Assembly: GCA_965207445.1 (NCBI GenBank)
Contig: CBDBLX010000002.1
Location: 928,001 to 992,000 of the forward strand
Origin: Nitrosopumilus sp.
GTDB taxonomy: Archaea > Thermoproteota > Nitrososphaeria > Nitrososphaerales > Nitrosopumilaceae
DNA length: 64,000 nt
Direction: 5' to 3'
This document shows, piece by piece, positions 41,503 through 51,269 of the stretch (positions are counted from its first letter, which is position 1; each line of letters opens with the position of its first letter). The notes under the pieces were generated by a model, which worked only from the letters and a program-made list of their open reading frames with translations, ran no database searches and was not told where the DNA came from. The translations under genes were made by a program, and so were the position numbers.

Positions 41503-42297
41503 TTACACTGATGATATTTGTGGAGCTAATTTATCTAATGCTTCTAGTACTCCCTCACCTGCACTAGAGTCTACTGTCATTGTGGCCTCTGCTTTTACAT
41601 CATCAAATGCATTTCCAAGCGCAACACTCGTATTTGCAACTTTGAACAGTGGCACATCAGTTGCACTATCCCCAATAGCAATAACGTCTTCTCTTTTAAT
41701 TGATAATTGTTCTGCAACATGTTTGAATCCATTTCCTTTGTGTATGCCAATTGAGTTTATGTGATATCCATATTGACTATCAGACAATTGCACGCCAAGG
41801 TCATATTTTGCAAGAAGTGATTTGGCATCATTAAGATCAAATGTACGCTCCATCACAACTTCTGTCATTCTTGGAAATACATCTTTAAGTTTGACATTTG
41901 GTATGTGTGATTTGATGACCTCAAATGCTTTTTGACATTGTGCTTTGTTGCCAAGCATTGTATGTTTATCAGGACCATATGTAATGCAACCTCCATTCTC
42001 ACCTACGGTAATTTTTGTCGTACCTCCATAAACTGACAAGATGTATCCTTCTATTGACGAACGACCAGTAACAAAGATCACTCTATGCCCGTCTGCCTCA
42101 AGTCGTCTCAATGCACCTAGTGAATCTAGATGTATTCGCCCACCCCCATTCTCAGTTATTGTACCGTCAATATCAACTGCAAATGTCTTTTTGTTCTTAT
42201 TTTTATAACCGTCAAGATTGATATCATTAGAGTAATGATTGTGTGGTAATGTCTTTTTTTCATTATGCGTATTACTACTGGTATTACTGTACTGCAT
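41503..42297 (-). CDS. Phosphoglycolate phosphatase (HAD subfamily IIB)
   Basis: DIDGT, TGR, KG.G and GDS.TD. Confidence 0.88.
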   Translation of the reverse strand: MQYSNTSSNTHNEKKTLPHNHYSNDINLDGYKNKNKKTFAVDIDGTITENGGGRIHLDSLGALRRLEADGHRVIFVTGRSSIEGYILSVYGGTTKITVGENGGCITYGPDKHTMLGNKAQCQKAFEVIKSHIPNVKLKDVFPRMTEVVMERTFDLNDAKSLLAKYDLGVQLSDSQYGYHINSIGIHKGNGFKHVAEQLSIKREDVIAIGDSATDVPLFKVANTSVALGNAFDDVKAEATMTVDSSAGEGVLEALDKLAPQISSV

Positions 42298-42450
42298 GAC
42301 TAGTGAATTTTTGACACGTAATAAGATGTTTGGTGTGTATAGTTAATCATAGATCAAAGTGCTCAAGCTTTCGTCGCAATCGATTAATTTACATAAAATA
42401 AGAGTATCTAATGTACACTTTTAAAAATTAAGATATATCTACAAATCAAA

Positions 42451-43572
42451 TTATGTACCTCGCGTCTTTATTATAGTAAGTACATCTTTATCTACTAATA
42501 TGTGCCTCAAACCGACTCTTTGACCTCCGAATTTTACACTTTTACCCCAAACCAATCCATATCGAAACTCCCGACGCATTCTACGATGCAATTTATTACA
42601 CACATCCTCTACAGTATCACCTTCTCTTGCAATGAGTGGTTCTTTGTAATCTGTTTCACCACCTTTTGGTCGCATGTATATACGAATAAATTTTAATTGA
42701 CTGTATATTTGCTGTTTGAGTTCATCTATGTTAATACCTGCATTTGCAGAAACCTCAACTGCCATAGATCGTGACTCTTTGTGTCTTTTTTGACGTAAAT
42801 CTTCGATAAATTTACCATCTACTAGATCTACTTTATTTAATACCACAAGCGCTTTTGAATATGATATGTTACCTGCCATATGATCGGTTAATTGTTCTGA
42901 TGTAATGTCTTCTCGAATCACCACTCTGGCACTTACAACCCCATACAAATGTAATATATTTTTGAGATGTTTTTCTGTGATTTTTGTAAGCTTTACTTGT
43001 TGCGCAACTGCAATGCCGCCCATCGATGCTTTTTCTATTGTTATATTTGGGGGCAGTTGGTTTAATCTTATACCTATATTTCCAAGCTCATTTATCAGTA
43101 CATCTTCATGATTTGGTTGAAACACATCTAATACTAACAAGACAAGGTCTGCTGTTCGTGCAACAGAGAGGATTCGTTTCCCGAGTCCCTTTCCTGATGA
43201 TGCCCCTTTGATGATTCCAGGCAAGTCCAGCACTTGTATTTTTGCTCCTTGGTACTCCATCATACCTGGAACTACAGTCAACGTGGTAAATTGGAATGCA
43301 CCCACCATAGACTTTGCATCTGTTAATTTGTTTAGTAATGTCGATTTACCCACACTTGGTAGTCCGATAAACACAACTGTTGCATCACCTGTACGCTTGA
43401 CATCAAAACCATCTGATTTTGCACCTGATTTTTTTGTAATATTGTCTTCTTGTTCGCGTTTTAATTTTGCAATTTTTGCTTTTAATAGTCCAATGTGGTG
43501 TTCTGTTGCCTTGTTGATTTGTGTTCTTGCCATCTCATCTTGAATGGATTTTATTTTTTCTGGAATTCCCAT
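42451..43572 (-). CDS. DRG/OBG-family GTPase with TGS domain
   Basis: G.PSVGKST, FTTL, DLPG, NKVD and C-terminal TGS. Confidence 0.95.
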   Translation of the reverse strand: MGIPEKIKSIQDEMARTQINKATEHHIGLLKAKIAKLKREQEDNITKKSGAKSDGFDVKRTGDATVVFIGLPSVGKSTLLNKLTDAKSMVGAFQFTTLTVVPGMMEYQGAKIQVLDLPGIIKGASSGKGLGKRILSVARTADLVLLVLDVFQPNHEDVLINELGNIGIRLNQLPPNITIEKASMGGIAVAQQVKLTKITEKHLKNILHLYGVVSARVVIREDITSEQLTDHMAGNISYSKALVVLNKVDLVDGKFIEDLRQKRHKESRSMAVEVSANAGINIDELKQQIYSQLKFIRIYMRPKGGETDYKEPLIAREGDTVEDVCNKLHRRMRREFRYGLVWGKSVKFGGQRVGLRHILVDKDVLTIIKTRGT

Positions 43573-43802
43573 TATGCCGACGGTGAATCTTATTCAAATA
43601 AAACTATTGTATTTGGTCTAGTTCTTTTATTGGGAGTTACAATATTGTACAATGTACTTTTGACTTGGCATATTGTATTGTAATGATGTACAGATAGTTC
43701 AGCTAATGCGCGAAATAGTCGATTGTTGTGTTCGTGATGATGTTATTCAAATTGTTCTGGCGTATTGAAAGCACGCGTCGACTTTGATATTTGCAGGCTG
43801 TC

Positions 43803-43847
43803 GGTGTGGGTGTGGGTGTGGGTGTGGGTGTGGGTGTGGGTGTGGGG
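43803..43847. repeat. (GGTGTG)7 intergenic microsatellite
   Basis: Directly visible perfect hexamer array. Confidence 0.95.
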
Positions 43848-44049
43848 TAAAACCATCTGCCCTGCCACACGAATTGACACCATCACACAGATTTCTTAGT
43901 GTGTCAAGACTAGGTTACTATACGTTAACTTGACATTCATTGATCAAGATAGTGTATGTCATTCCCATGTATCTTGCCAAATTAATCTTTTATAATATTC
44001 GTTGATCCTTTTTGACATGTATTTTTATCATGGATGATAAAATCAAGAC

Positions 44050-44697
44050 TCATTTGGTTGAAGGTGGAGAAGGTATTCCTCTCATTCTCATAAGCAAAAC
44101 GCCTACTGTATATGCAATCAGACACAATCCTATAATCTTAATTGACAGTGACATTTCAAGTAAAAGTGATTCTGGAAATACTAATGAATACCAACTAATA
44201 AATTCGCCTACAAGTAACATCCCAAACCCAACTGTTGTGAGTAATGTTGATGTGTTTTTCTTTTTTATATATGACATTATTGTCTCAACTACGATATATG
44301 CTAACAACATAAATGATATGGATTTAAATATGTGTTCTAATTGAACTACTGATACTAGGAAAAGCGGTAAAAAAATAACAGCGCGAAACTGTGTATCATT
44401 GGATACAAATGCTTTTAGAGCATGAGAAAACGCAATAAAGAACAAACCAACTGTTTGGACGATCGCACCTATGGTTTGTATATGTCTTGGTTCTTCAAGA
44501 TCGCCAATTATTGGCGGTGGCAATACTACAAATCCTATTAATGTCACAAAAAACCCTGAACCAATGAGCAGAAAACCAATTGTCAATCTAAGCAATGTTG
44601 GACTGGTTGTTTTATGAAAACCGATAAAGGCAAGTGCACTTGTTAAAAAACTGACCAATGTTCCAACTATATAAAAAAGACTTACTAAAATATCCAT
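44050..44697 (-). CDS. Seven-TM membrane hypothetical protein
   Basis: About seven hydrophobic segments. Confidence 0.75.
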   Translation of the reverse strand: MDILVSLFYIVGTLVSFLTSALAFIGFHKTTSPTLLRLTIGFLLIGSGFFVTLIGFVVLPPPIIGDLEEPRHIQTIGAIVQTVGLFFIAFSHALKAFVSNDTQFRAVIFLPLFLVSVVQLEHIFKSISFMLLAYIVVETIMSYIKKKNTSTLLTTVGFGMLLVGEFISWYSLVFPESLLLEMSLSIKIIGLCLIAYTVGVLLMRMRGIPSPPSTK

Positions 44698-45499
44698 GAA
44701 TATATTAACAAAATTTTTGTTTATAATTGTGTGTGATTAATGTAGCTTAAACATTTTAAATTTATAAAATACTCATTTAATTAATAATTGACATTTCAAT
44801 GTTTATTGTATCTGCTACAAAGTATTTTTAACCTATTTTAATTATATGTATATATTATACTTTTGAATAATAATAATATTTGGAGTTAAACATCTTTAAT
44901 TAAATCAGATAAACATGTGTTATGTGATGCATCATTTAATTTGAAAACACAACCTAATTACTACAATATGTCAATAATTGATGTATTGAATATCAATGAA
45001 ACTTTTTGATATGGGCTAAAATCTTTAAAATATTCTCTAAATGGTGATTTTATAAACAAAATTCATTTTTGATTTCAATTATATCCACTCCTCAAAATAT
45101 ATGCTAAATATACATATTAAATAAAAGTTTCAATGATGCGTACAAAATAATTTATTACAAATATGATCGTATTATTTTTGGATACTGTCTAAATTTATAA
45201 TAATCATATTAAAACTGTTTTTATCAAAATATGTACTTATTTAGTCATGAAAAATGATTCAAATAATGTTTGATATTAACTGATCATTGATATTAATTAC
45301 TATATTTTGAGATTTACCATATCAATCATCAAAAATATCAAAATAAATATTCTATTTTTATAATATCATATTTTTATGATCGTAAATTTTCCTTTTATGG
45401 TACTAAATTACTTTATTTTTACGATCATTTTGTACATTTTTTTATATACAACACATCTAAAGATAACTATAATTGACATAATATATGACAAAATTTAAT

Positions 45500-45937
45500 A
45501 TGGCTAACAGCAAATCTGGTAAAGCAAAAGTAGCTGCCAAGACTGGTAAGACGACACCTGCCAAAAAAGTAGCTGCTAAAAAAGCACCTGCCAAAAAAGC
45601 AACTACTGCAAAAGTAGCTGCTAAAAAAGCACCTGCCAAAAAAGCAACTACTGCAAAAGTAGCTGCTAAAAAAGCACCTGCCAAAACCGGTAAGAAGGCA
45701 CCTGCCAAAAAAGCAACTACTGCAAAAGTAGCTGCTAAAAAAGCACCTGCCAAGACCGGTAAGAAGGCACCTGCCAAAAAAGCAACTACTGCAAAAGTAG
45801 CTGCTAAAAAAGCACCTGCCAAGACCGGTAAGAAGGCACCTGCCAAAAAAGCAACTACTGCAAAAGTAGCTGCTAAAAAAGCACCTGCCAAAAAAGCAAC
45901 TACCAAGACCAGCAAAGCAAGTAAATCCAAAAAGTAA
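45500..45937 (+). CDS. Histone H1-like Lys/Ala/Pro-rich repeat protein
   Basis: KKAPAK/KKATTAK/KVAAK repeats in 45-bp and 69-bp units; no acidic residues; synonymous variation between units. Confidence 0.85.
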   Translation: MANSKSGKAKVAAKTGKTTPAKKVAAKKAPAKKATTAKVAAKKAPAKKATTAKVAAKKAPAKTGKKAPAKKATTAKVAAKKAPAKTGKKAPAKKATTAKVAAKKAPAKTGKKAPAKKATTAKVAAKKAPAKKATTKTSKASKSKK

Positions 45938-45954
45938 AACGATACAATTGGATG

Positions 45955-45986
45955 AGTGTCCTGTCGTTCTGCGACACTTTTTTCTT
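45955..45986 (+). terminator. Hairpin plus U-tract terminator after the H1-like gene
   Basis: Stem AGTGTC...GACACT followed by a T-run. Confidence 0.6.
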
Positions 45987-46053
45987 ATTTTTAATTTTGT
46001 ACTGATAAATCGTAAACGATCTTTTTGTTATGTGATACTGGAACTTTTATCAC

Positions 46054-47052
46054 TTATTCAGTAGAATCAGGCCACATCATCTTACGCATCTTTTTACCTA
46101 CTTGTTCTATTTGATGCTCATCGTACTGTTTCATATGTGACTCAAATGCATCTTTACCGTTCTTTTCATACTCTGATATCCATTCACGATTAAATGTGCC
46201 GTCTTGTATCATTGCAAGTACGTGTTTCATTCTTTCTTTTGTTGTACTATCCATCACCATTGGGCCGCGTGTTAATCCGCCATATCTTGCAGTCTCACTC
46301 ACACGTCTCCACATACCGTTTATTCCATAACGTTGTATCATATCTACAATCAGTTTGAGCTCATGCAATACCTCAAAGTATGCAATCTCTGGCTGGTATC
46401 CTGCTTCTACAAGCGTCTCAAATGCATTTGTTACCATTGATGCTGCACCTCCACACAAATCAGCTTGCTCACCAAACCAATCAGTCTCGACTTCTTCTTT
46501 AAATGTGGTTTTAATCAGTCCTGCTCTTGCACTCCCAATAGCTTTTGCAATTCCAAGTGTTCTATCCCATGCATTTCCAGTATAGTCTCTTTCAACTGCA
46601 ACTATTGATGGTGTGCCAAATCCATCAAGATACGTTTCACGAACCTTGGAGCCTGGGCCCTTTGGTGCAATCATAATTAAATCAACATCTGATGGGGGCT
46701 CTATCCACTTCCAGTATATTGCTGCGGCATGTGAAAATGATAGTGCGTTTCCTGCAGTGAGATTGGGTGCAATATCTTTACGGTATGTGACAGCTTGTAC
46801 CATATCTGGAATCAATATGTGTATGACATCTGCTTGCTTTACTGCATCTGAAACTGGCAACACATTATGTCCATCATCTTTGGCCTTTGACCAACTATTG
46901 CCATTAGGGCTCAACCCCACGACTACATTTAATCCAGAATCTTTCATGTTATTTGCTTGAGCGTTGCCTTGTATACCATACCCAATAACTGCAACAGTTT
47001 GATCTTTGATTGATTCTAGATTGATATCTTCATCCTTCCATGTTTTGGCCAT
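46054..47052 (-). CDS. ilvC: Ketol-acid reductoisomerase
   Basis: GYGIQG, APKGPG, E.ETD.FGEQ..LCGG and AYFE.LHE. Confidence 0.96.
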   Translation of the reverse strand: MAKTWKDEDINLESIKDQTVAVIGYGIQGNAQANNMKDSGLNVVVGLSPNGNSWSKAKDDGHNVLPVSDAVKQADVIHILIPDMVQAVTYRKDIAPNLTAGNALSFSHAAAIYWKWIEPPSDVDLIMIAPKGPGSKVRETYLDGFGTPSIVAVERDYTGNAWDRTLGIAKAIGSARAGLIKTTFKEEVETDWFGEQADLCGGAASMVTNAFETLVEAGYQPEIAYFEVLHELKLIVDMIQRYGINGMWRRVSETARYGGLTRGPMVMDSTTKERMKHVLAMIQDGTFNREWISEYEKNGKDAFESHMKQYDEHQIEQVGKKMRKMMWPDSTE

Positions 47053-47091
47053 TATTTTCTCACCTGTAAATTGTTAATATTAATCAACAAA

Positions 47092-47355
47092 TTACTCTAA
47101 TTTGATTATCTTGTCACAGATTTTACACTGCAGTATGATACTTGGTGCGTCTACTGGTGATACTGCAATTGAATTTTTCTTGTTTGTGTGAGTGTTGCTG
47201 TCTTGTGCGTGATGTGGCATGCTCTCCACAGTAGTATCTACATGCATGTCTTTTTTATCTATGATCTTTGAATCTTTGTGGTGTGTCAGTCTCTGGAATT
47301 TTTTCCCACCACAGCTAGGACATATCGGACAAGATCGTATTGGCTTTCTGCTCAA
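47092..47355 (-). CDS. Small Zn-ribbon protein
   Basis: CPSCGG...CKICD; overlaps the nadM stop. Confidence 0.6.
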   Translation of the reverse strand: MSRKPIRSCPICPSCGGKKFQRLTHHKDSKIIDKKDMHVDTTVESMPHHAQDSNTHTNKKNSIAVSPVDAPSIILQCKICDKIIKLE

Positions 47356-47888
47356 TGTTCAGTCGGCCTCGTATCAGAATCATATATGACAGATAATCTA
47401 CGTTTTGCATTTATCTCTTTGAGAAACTGATATACCGAATTTGGTACTGTGTCTTGCCATTCATCCTCTCCTGATGCAATCATGTGTCGTATTGTAGTTG
47501 CATTGTATTGTGCACGATCGATGAAAATAGGCTCTACAACATCAACTCCAAAGTCTGATAGTAACATCGTAACGTACGGGTTGCCACTATACACTCGCTC
47601 GAATTTTGGTAGTGCCGAATTTAGGTAACCGGACCACGTGGCAACGTTGAACTGATTCTCAATTGCTGTCACAAAACATATTGACATGTCTAGATGCGCT
47701 TCCACAAGAGCACGATGTACCATCTCTATACGTTCTCCTGCTGTAAATGGATCTTTTTGGATATAGTTGAACTGTGAACTTGTAATTGCAACAATTAGAC
47801 CATCTTTACATTCATCAAGTATCTGTTTGGCTAGTGAAAGATGACCCAAGTGAAATGGTTGAAATCTACCCACCATTAATCCTCGCAT
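47352..47888 (-). CDS. nadM: Nicotinamide-nucleotide adenylyltransferase
   Basis: GRFQPFHLGH, PFTAGER and AT.IR. Confidence 0.93.
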   Translation of the reverse strand: MRGLMVGRFQPFHLGHLSLAKQILDECKDGLIVAITSSQFNYIQKDPFTAGERIEMVHRALVEAHLDMSICFVTAIENQFNVATWSGYLNSALPKFERVYSGNPYVTMLLSDFGVDVVEPIFIDRAQYNATTIRHMIASGEDEWQDTVPNSVYQFLKEINAKRRLSVIYDSDTRPTEH

Positions 47889-48174
47889 AATTATAATCAA
47901 ATTTGTATGTACTATTAACCTTCTTGAACATTGATGTGTAATTTTAGTAATGGCAATGTATTTGCAACACTTGTATGGTTATATTCTAAATTGTATATTT
48001 TTTATCTTTTCAATGTTTGTGTGATGTTGAACTTTGATCTGTTATGATTAATGATGTATGTATATACTATCTATTAAAGTCAGTTATTTATAATTTATAA
48101 TAAAATATATTTATACATCATTCATTAATTATGGTCAACTAGTATTTACTTAGTCATTATCATCATCATCATCA

Positions 48175-48459
48175 TCATATATTTTTATCTAATTCATCTT
48201 GTGTCTTGTATGTAACTTTTCCTTTTTTGTCATGTGTATCATCATCATCACCATAAATTATTGTATGTGATTCTTCTTCGTATCCTTTAGTTTCATCTTG
48301 TAGTCGCTCTCTACGACGCTTGATGTACAGCCATATCCCACACACAAGCATTGCGCTAAGCAATATTACGCCTGCCATCTGTAACTCAAAGTGATACAGC
48401 ATAACTTGCATTTTATGTGACAACTCAAAAGTGTTGTGTTTTGCGACATTGATTTGCAT
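48175..48459 (-). CDS. Single-TM hypothetical protein
   Basis: Hydrophobic segment followed by KRRRER. Confidence 0.5.
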   Translation of the reverse strand: MQINVAKHNTFELSHKMQVMLYHFELQMAGVILLSAMLVCGIWLYIKRRRERLQDETKGYEEESHTIIYGDDDDTHDKKGKVTYKTQDELDKNI

Positions 48460-48620
48460 TGAATGATATTGCTGCTATCGTTTGATATCAAAATATGTTC
48501 GTCTTATACATTTCCGTATACTGCCAATTCATATGTATACTTTAAATCTTCTGTGTTGCACAATTTTTAGTTCAACTACTAGAGATTAAACATATTACAA
48601 GGATTGTTTGCACTCACGTC

Positions 48621-49718
48621 ATGATAAGTGCATCTGATATGGCAAGTATGGTAGATACATATGCGAATCCTAGAATTGGTGTACTTGGAAGCCACTCGGC
48701 ATTAGAGATAATGGATGGCGCAAAAGATGAAGGATTTCAAACTACTGTGTATTGTCAACGTGGTAGAGAAGGACCATATATGAGATTTAAGAGGATTGCA
48801 GATGAGATTGTGGTCTTGGATAATTTTTCAGATATGACATTGCCGAATCATCAACAACACATGCAACAGTCAAACACCATTATAGTACCGCACAGATCAC
48901 TAACTGCTTATTTGGGATATAGTGCTATAGAGAATACACTAAAGATTCCAATATTTGGCAATAGGGCACTCTTTGCTGCAGAAGAACGTAATGCTAAACG
49001 GGGGCAGTATTACTTGCTTGAACGCGCACAAATACCATACCCAAAAGTAATACGGGATCCAAAAGAGATCAATGTACCGTGTATAGTGAAAGCTCAAGAA
49101 AAATCAAGACCACTAGAGCGCGCATTTTTCACAGTGGCATCATACGATGACTATAAGCAAAGATCACAGGCAAAGATCAATGACGGTACAATATCTGAGC
49201 AAGGTCTTGCTGATGCAAGTATTGAAGAACTAATTATTGGAACATATATGAACTTTAATTACTTTTACACCCCTATATCGGATCAAGTTGACTTTATCGG
49301 AATCGAACGACGATTGCAAACTAACATACATGATTATAATGCTCTGCCTGCACAACAACAACTAGACATCGATCATATTATGGATATTCAAAATATTGAG
49401 GTTGGACATACTCCTGCAAGTATACGTGAGTCGTTGTTAGATAAAATTTTAAAGATGGGTGACAAGTTTGTGGATGCTGTAAAGAAAGAATATAGCCCTG
49501 GAATCATCGGACCGTTTTCTCTTCAAAGTGTTATTACAAAAGATTTGGAGATGGTTGTGTATGACGTGTCGTTACGCGTACCAGGGAATCCAATTGTTGC
49601 AACTACTAGTCCTTATACCAAATATCAGTATGGACAGACATTTGGTATTGGTAGGCGTATTGCAATGGAGATCAAGCGTGCAATTGATGAAAAAAGTCTT
49701 CATAAAATAGTCACATAA
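48621..49718 (+). CDS. purP: PurP-family FAICAR synthetase (ATP-grasp)
   Basis: GSHSAL, FGNR, LERAFF, IGPFSLQ and RVPG. Confidence 0.92.
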   Translation: MISASDMASMVDTYANPRIGVLGSHSALEIMDGAKDEGFQTTVYCQRGREGPYMRFKRIADEIVVLDNFSDMTLPNHQQHMQQSNTIIVPHRSLTAYLGYSAIENTLKIPIFGNRALFAAEERNAKRGQYYLLERAQIPYPKVIRDPKEINVPCIVKAQEKSRPLERAFFTVASYDDYKQRSQAKINDGTISEQGLADASIEELIIGTYMNFNYFYTPISDQVDFIGIERRLQTNIHDYNALPAQQQLDIDHIMDIQNIEVGHTPASIRESLLDKILKMGDKFVDAVKKEYSPGIIGPFSLQSVITKDLEMVVYDVSLRVPGNPIVATTSPYTKYQYGQTFGIGRRIAMEIKRAIDEKSLHKIVT

Positions 49719-49950
49719 ATAAATAACGGCATAAATATTAACGATGATGTGCTGTGTGGTTGTGTGTCCGATGATTAATTGTATACACTGCTCTGATCTT
49801 GTGATGAGTTTGCCGAATTATGAGGCACTTTTTCTTTGTGCGTGGTAAAGTAGTTGTACTTTTTTATCTACTGTATTCATATTTCTGAGTGTGAATTACT
49901 TGTAGATCTAATCTAAATTACTATATATTATAGTTGTATCATATATCTGA

Positions 49951-51015
49951 CTACTTGCCATTTATGTTATGATCCATATCATCTGTTGAATCATTTTCAA
50001 TATTGTCATCTGCCGAATCATTTTTGAGATCTATAATTTCACACCCTTTGCCTTGTGTAGGGCCCCGTATGCGTCTTGCTATCAAATAAGGTGTCAATAA
50101 TAAAACGGGTATTGATATTGCAATGAACAATGTTTGCATTTGAGCCAATGCCGCAGATAATACGATCCCGCTTGCTGTACCTAAAAATACTGAAAAAAAC
50201 GTCCCTGCGCATGTGGGGCATGCAATAAAGAGACCTGTTGCAGCACCAATAGTTCCAAGCCCTCTGCGTTTTTTGGATGTGGCGTATGCACCAACTGCAA
50301 GTGCTGCATTAAGCCCGACTAAATATGAGACTATGATTTGTAATACTAGATTAATTGGAATGATTTGCAGACCTATGTTGTTTGTCAAATATATGATAAT
50401 TTTGGGCATGTATCCTATATCACCGCAACAAGGCGAGACAAATCCTGATGGAATGTCTGCACCGTAATGAATCTCAAAATCTACTTCTGGTTGATATACT
50501 AGGGTACCTGATGCTAGTGAAAAGAATATACCATATGTGATAAATGTGATAATGAATGTTTTTCGAGCACGTGAGTTTTGTATAGTGTGCGCAATTATTG
50601 AATTTAAATCTCTATAACCTGTATTCCACTCTGCAATCTTGACAATGTGATATTTGTGCATTCCATATGCAATGGTGCAAAATGCCGCGATCATTGCAAC
50701 GTAAAATCCATACGCGAGGCGTTGTACTCCATGTATTGCATCGGGGGTTAGATTTACTGGATCTTGATATCTTGAATATATGATAAATAGTATTGCAAGT
50801 GAGAAAAGTCCAATCGTGACAAGACGTATGCCTTTTGAATGATTTTGATCGCGCTGCTGTGACGGTGACCTTTGAGTTGGATATGGTGTTATGTTATTAT
50901 TGTTGTTGTTGCTACTGTTATTACCGCTAGTATTGTTACTAGTATTGTTACTATTACTACTACTAGATTCATCTTTTCTTGTTTTATCTATATTTGATGC
51001 ACTCATACTAGACAC
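49951..51015 (-). CDS. Conserved multi-TM membrane protein with CC and CxxC motifs
   Basis: PCCG and ACPTCAG; Asn/Ser-rich N-terminus. Confidence 0.8.
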   Translation of the reverse strand: MSSMSASNIDKTRKDESSSSNSNNTSNNTSGNNSSNNNNNNITPYPTQRSPSQQRDQNHSKGIRLVTIGLFSLAILFIIYSRYQDPVNLTPDAIHGVQRLAYGFYVAMIAAFCTIAYGMHKYHIVKIAEWNTGYRDLNSIIAHTIQNSRARKTFIITFITYGIFFSLASGTLVYQPEVDFEIHYGADIPSGFVSPCCGDIGYMPKIIIYLTNNIGLQIIPINLVLQIIVSYLVGLNAALAVGAYATSKKRRGLGTIGAATGLFIACPTCAGTFFSVFLGTASGIVLSAALAQMQTLFIAISIPVLLLTPYLIARRIRGPTQGKGCEIIDLKNDSADDNIENDSTDDMDHNINGK

Positions 51016-51269
51016 TTATAACACACGATTAAATTCTATACGATTGTAATTTTTGAGATCTTTTATAATATCTGTTTTTGTTACTGTTGATAATAGTTCT
51101 AGTTGCAACGGAAACACCTAGTTCTAATACTATTCTTCTTCTTCTTTGTTTCTGTTTGTAATATTTGGATACATTTTTTGTACATTGAACTTACTATATG
51201 TGCTATTACACGTCATTATCTTACATTCGATCTCTTTTGTGTAAAAGGTGGTTTGATTCCATGGTTCTA

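Noticed and set aside
44698..45484. Replication origin in the long AT-rich stretch
   Set aside because: No ORB-like repeats recognised and no adjacent cdc6/orc1.
45457..45930. 157-aa hydrophobic repeat 'membrane protein' on the minus strand
   Set aside because: Antisense shadow of the Lys/Ala repeat gene, which has the terminator on the plus strand.
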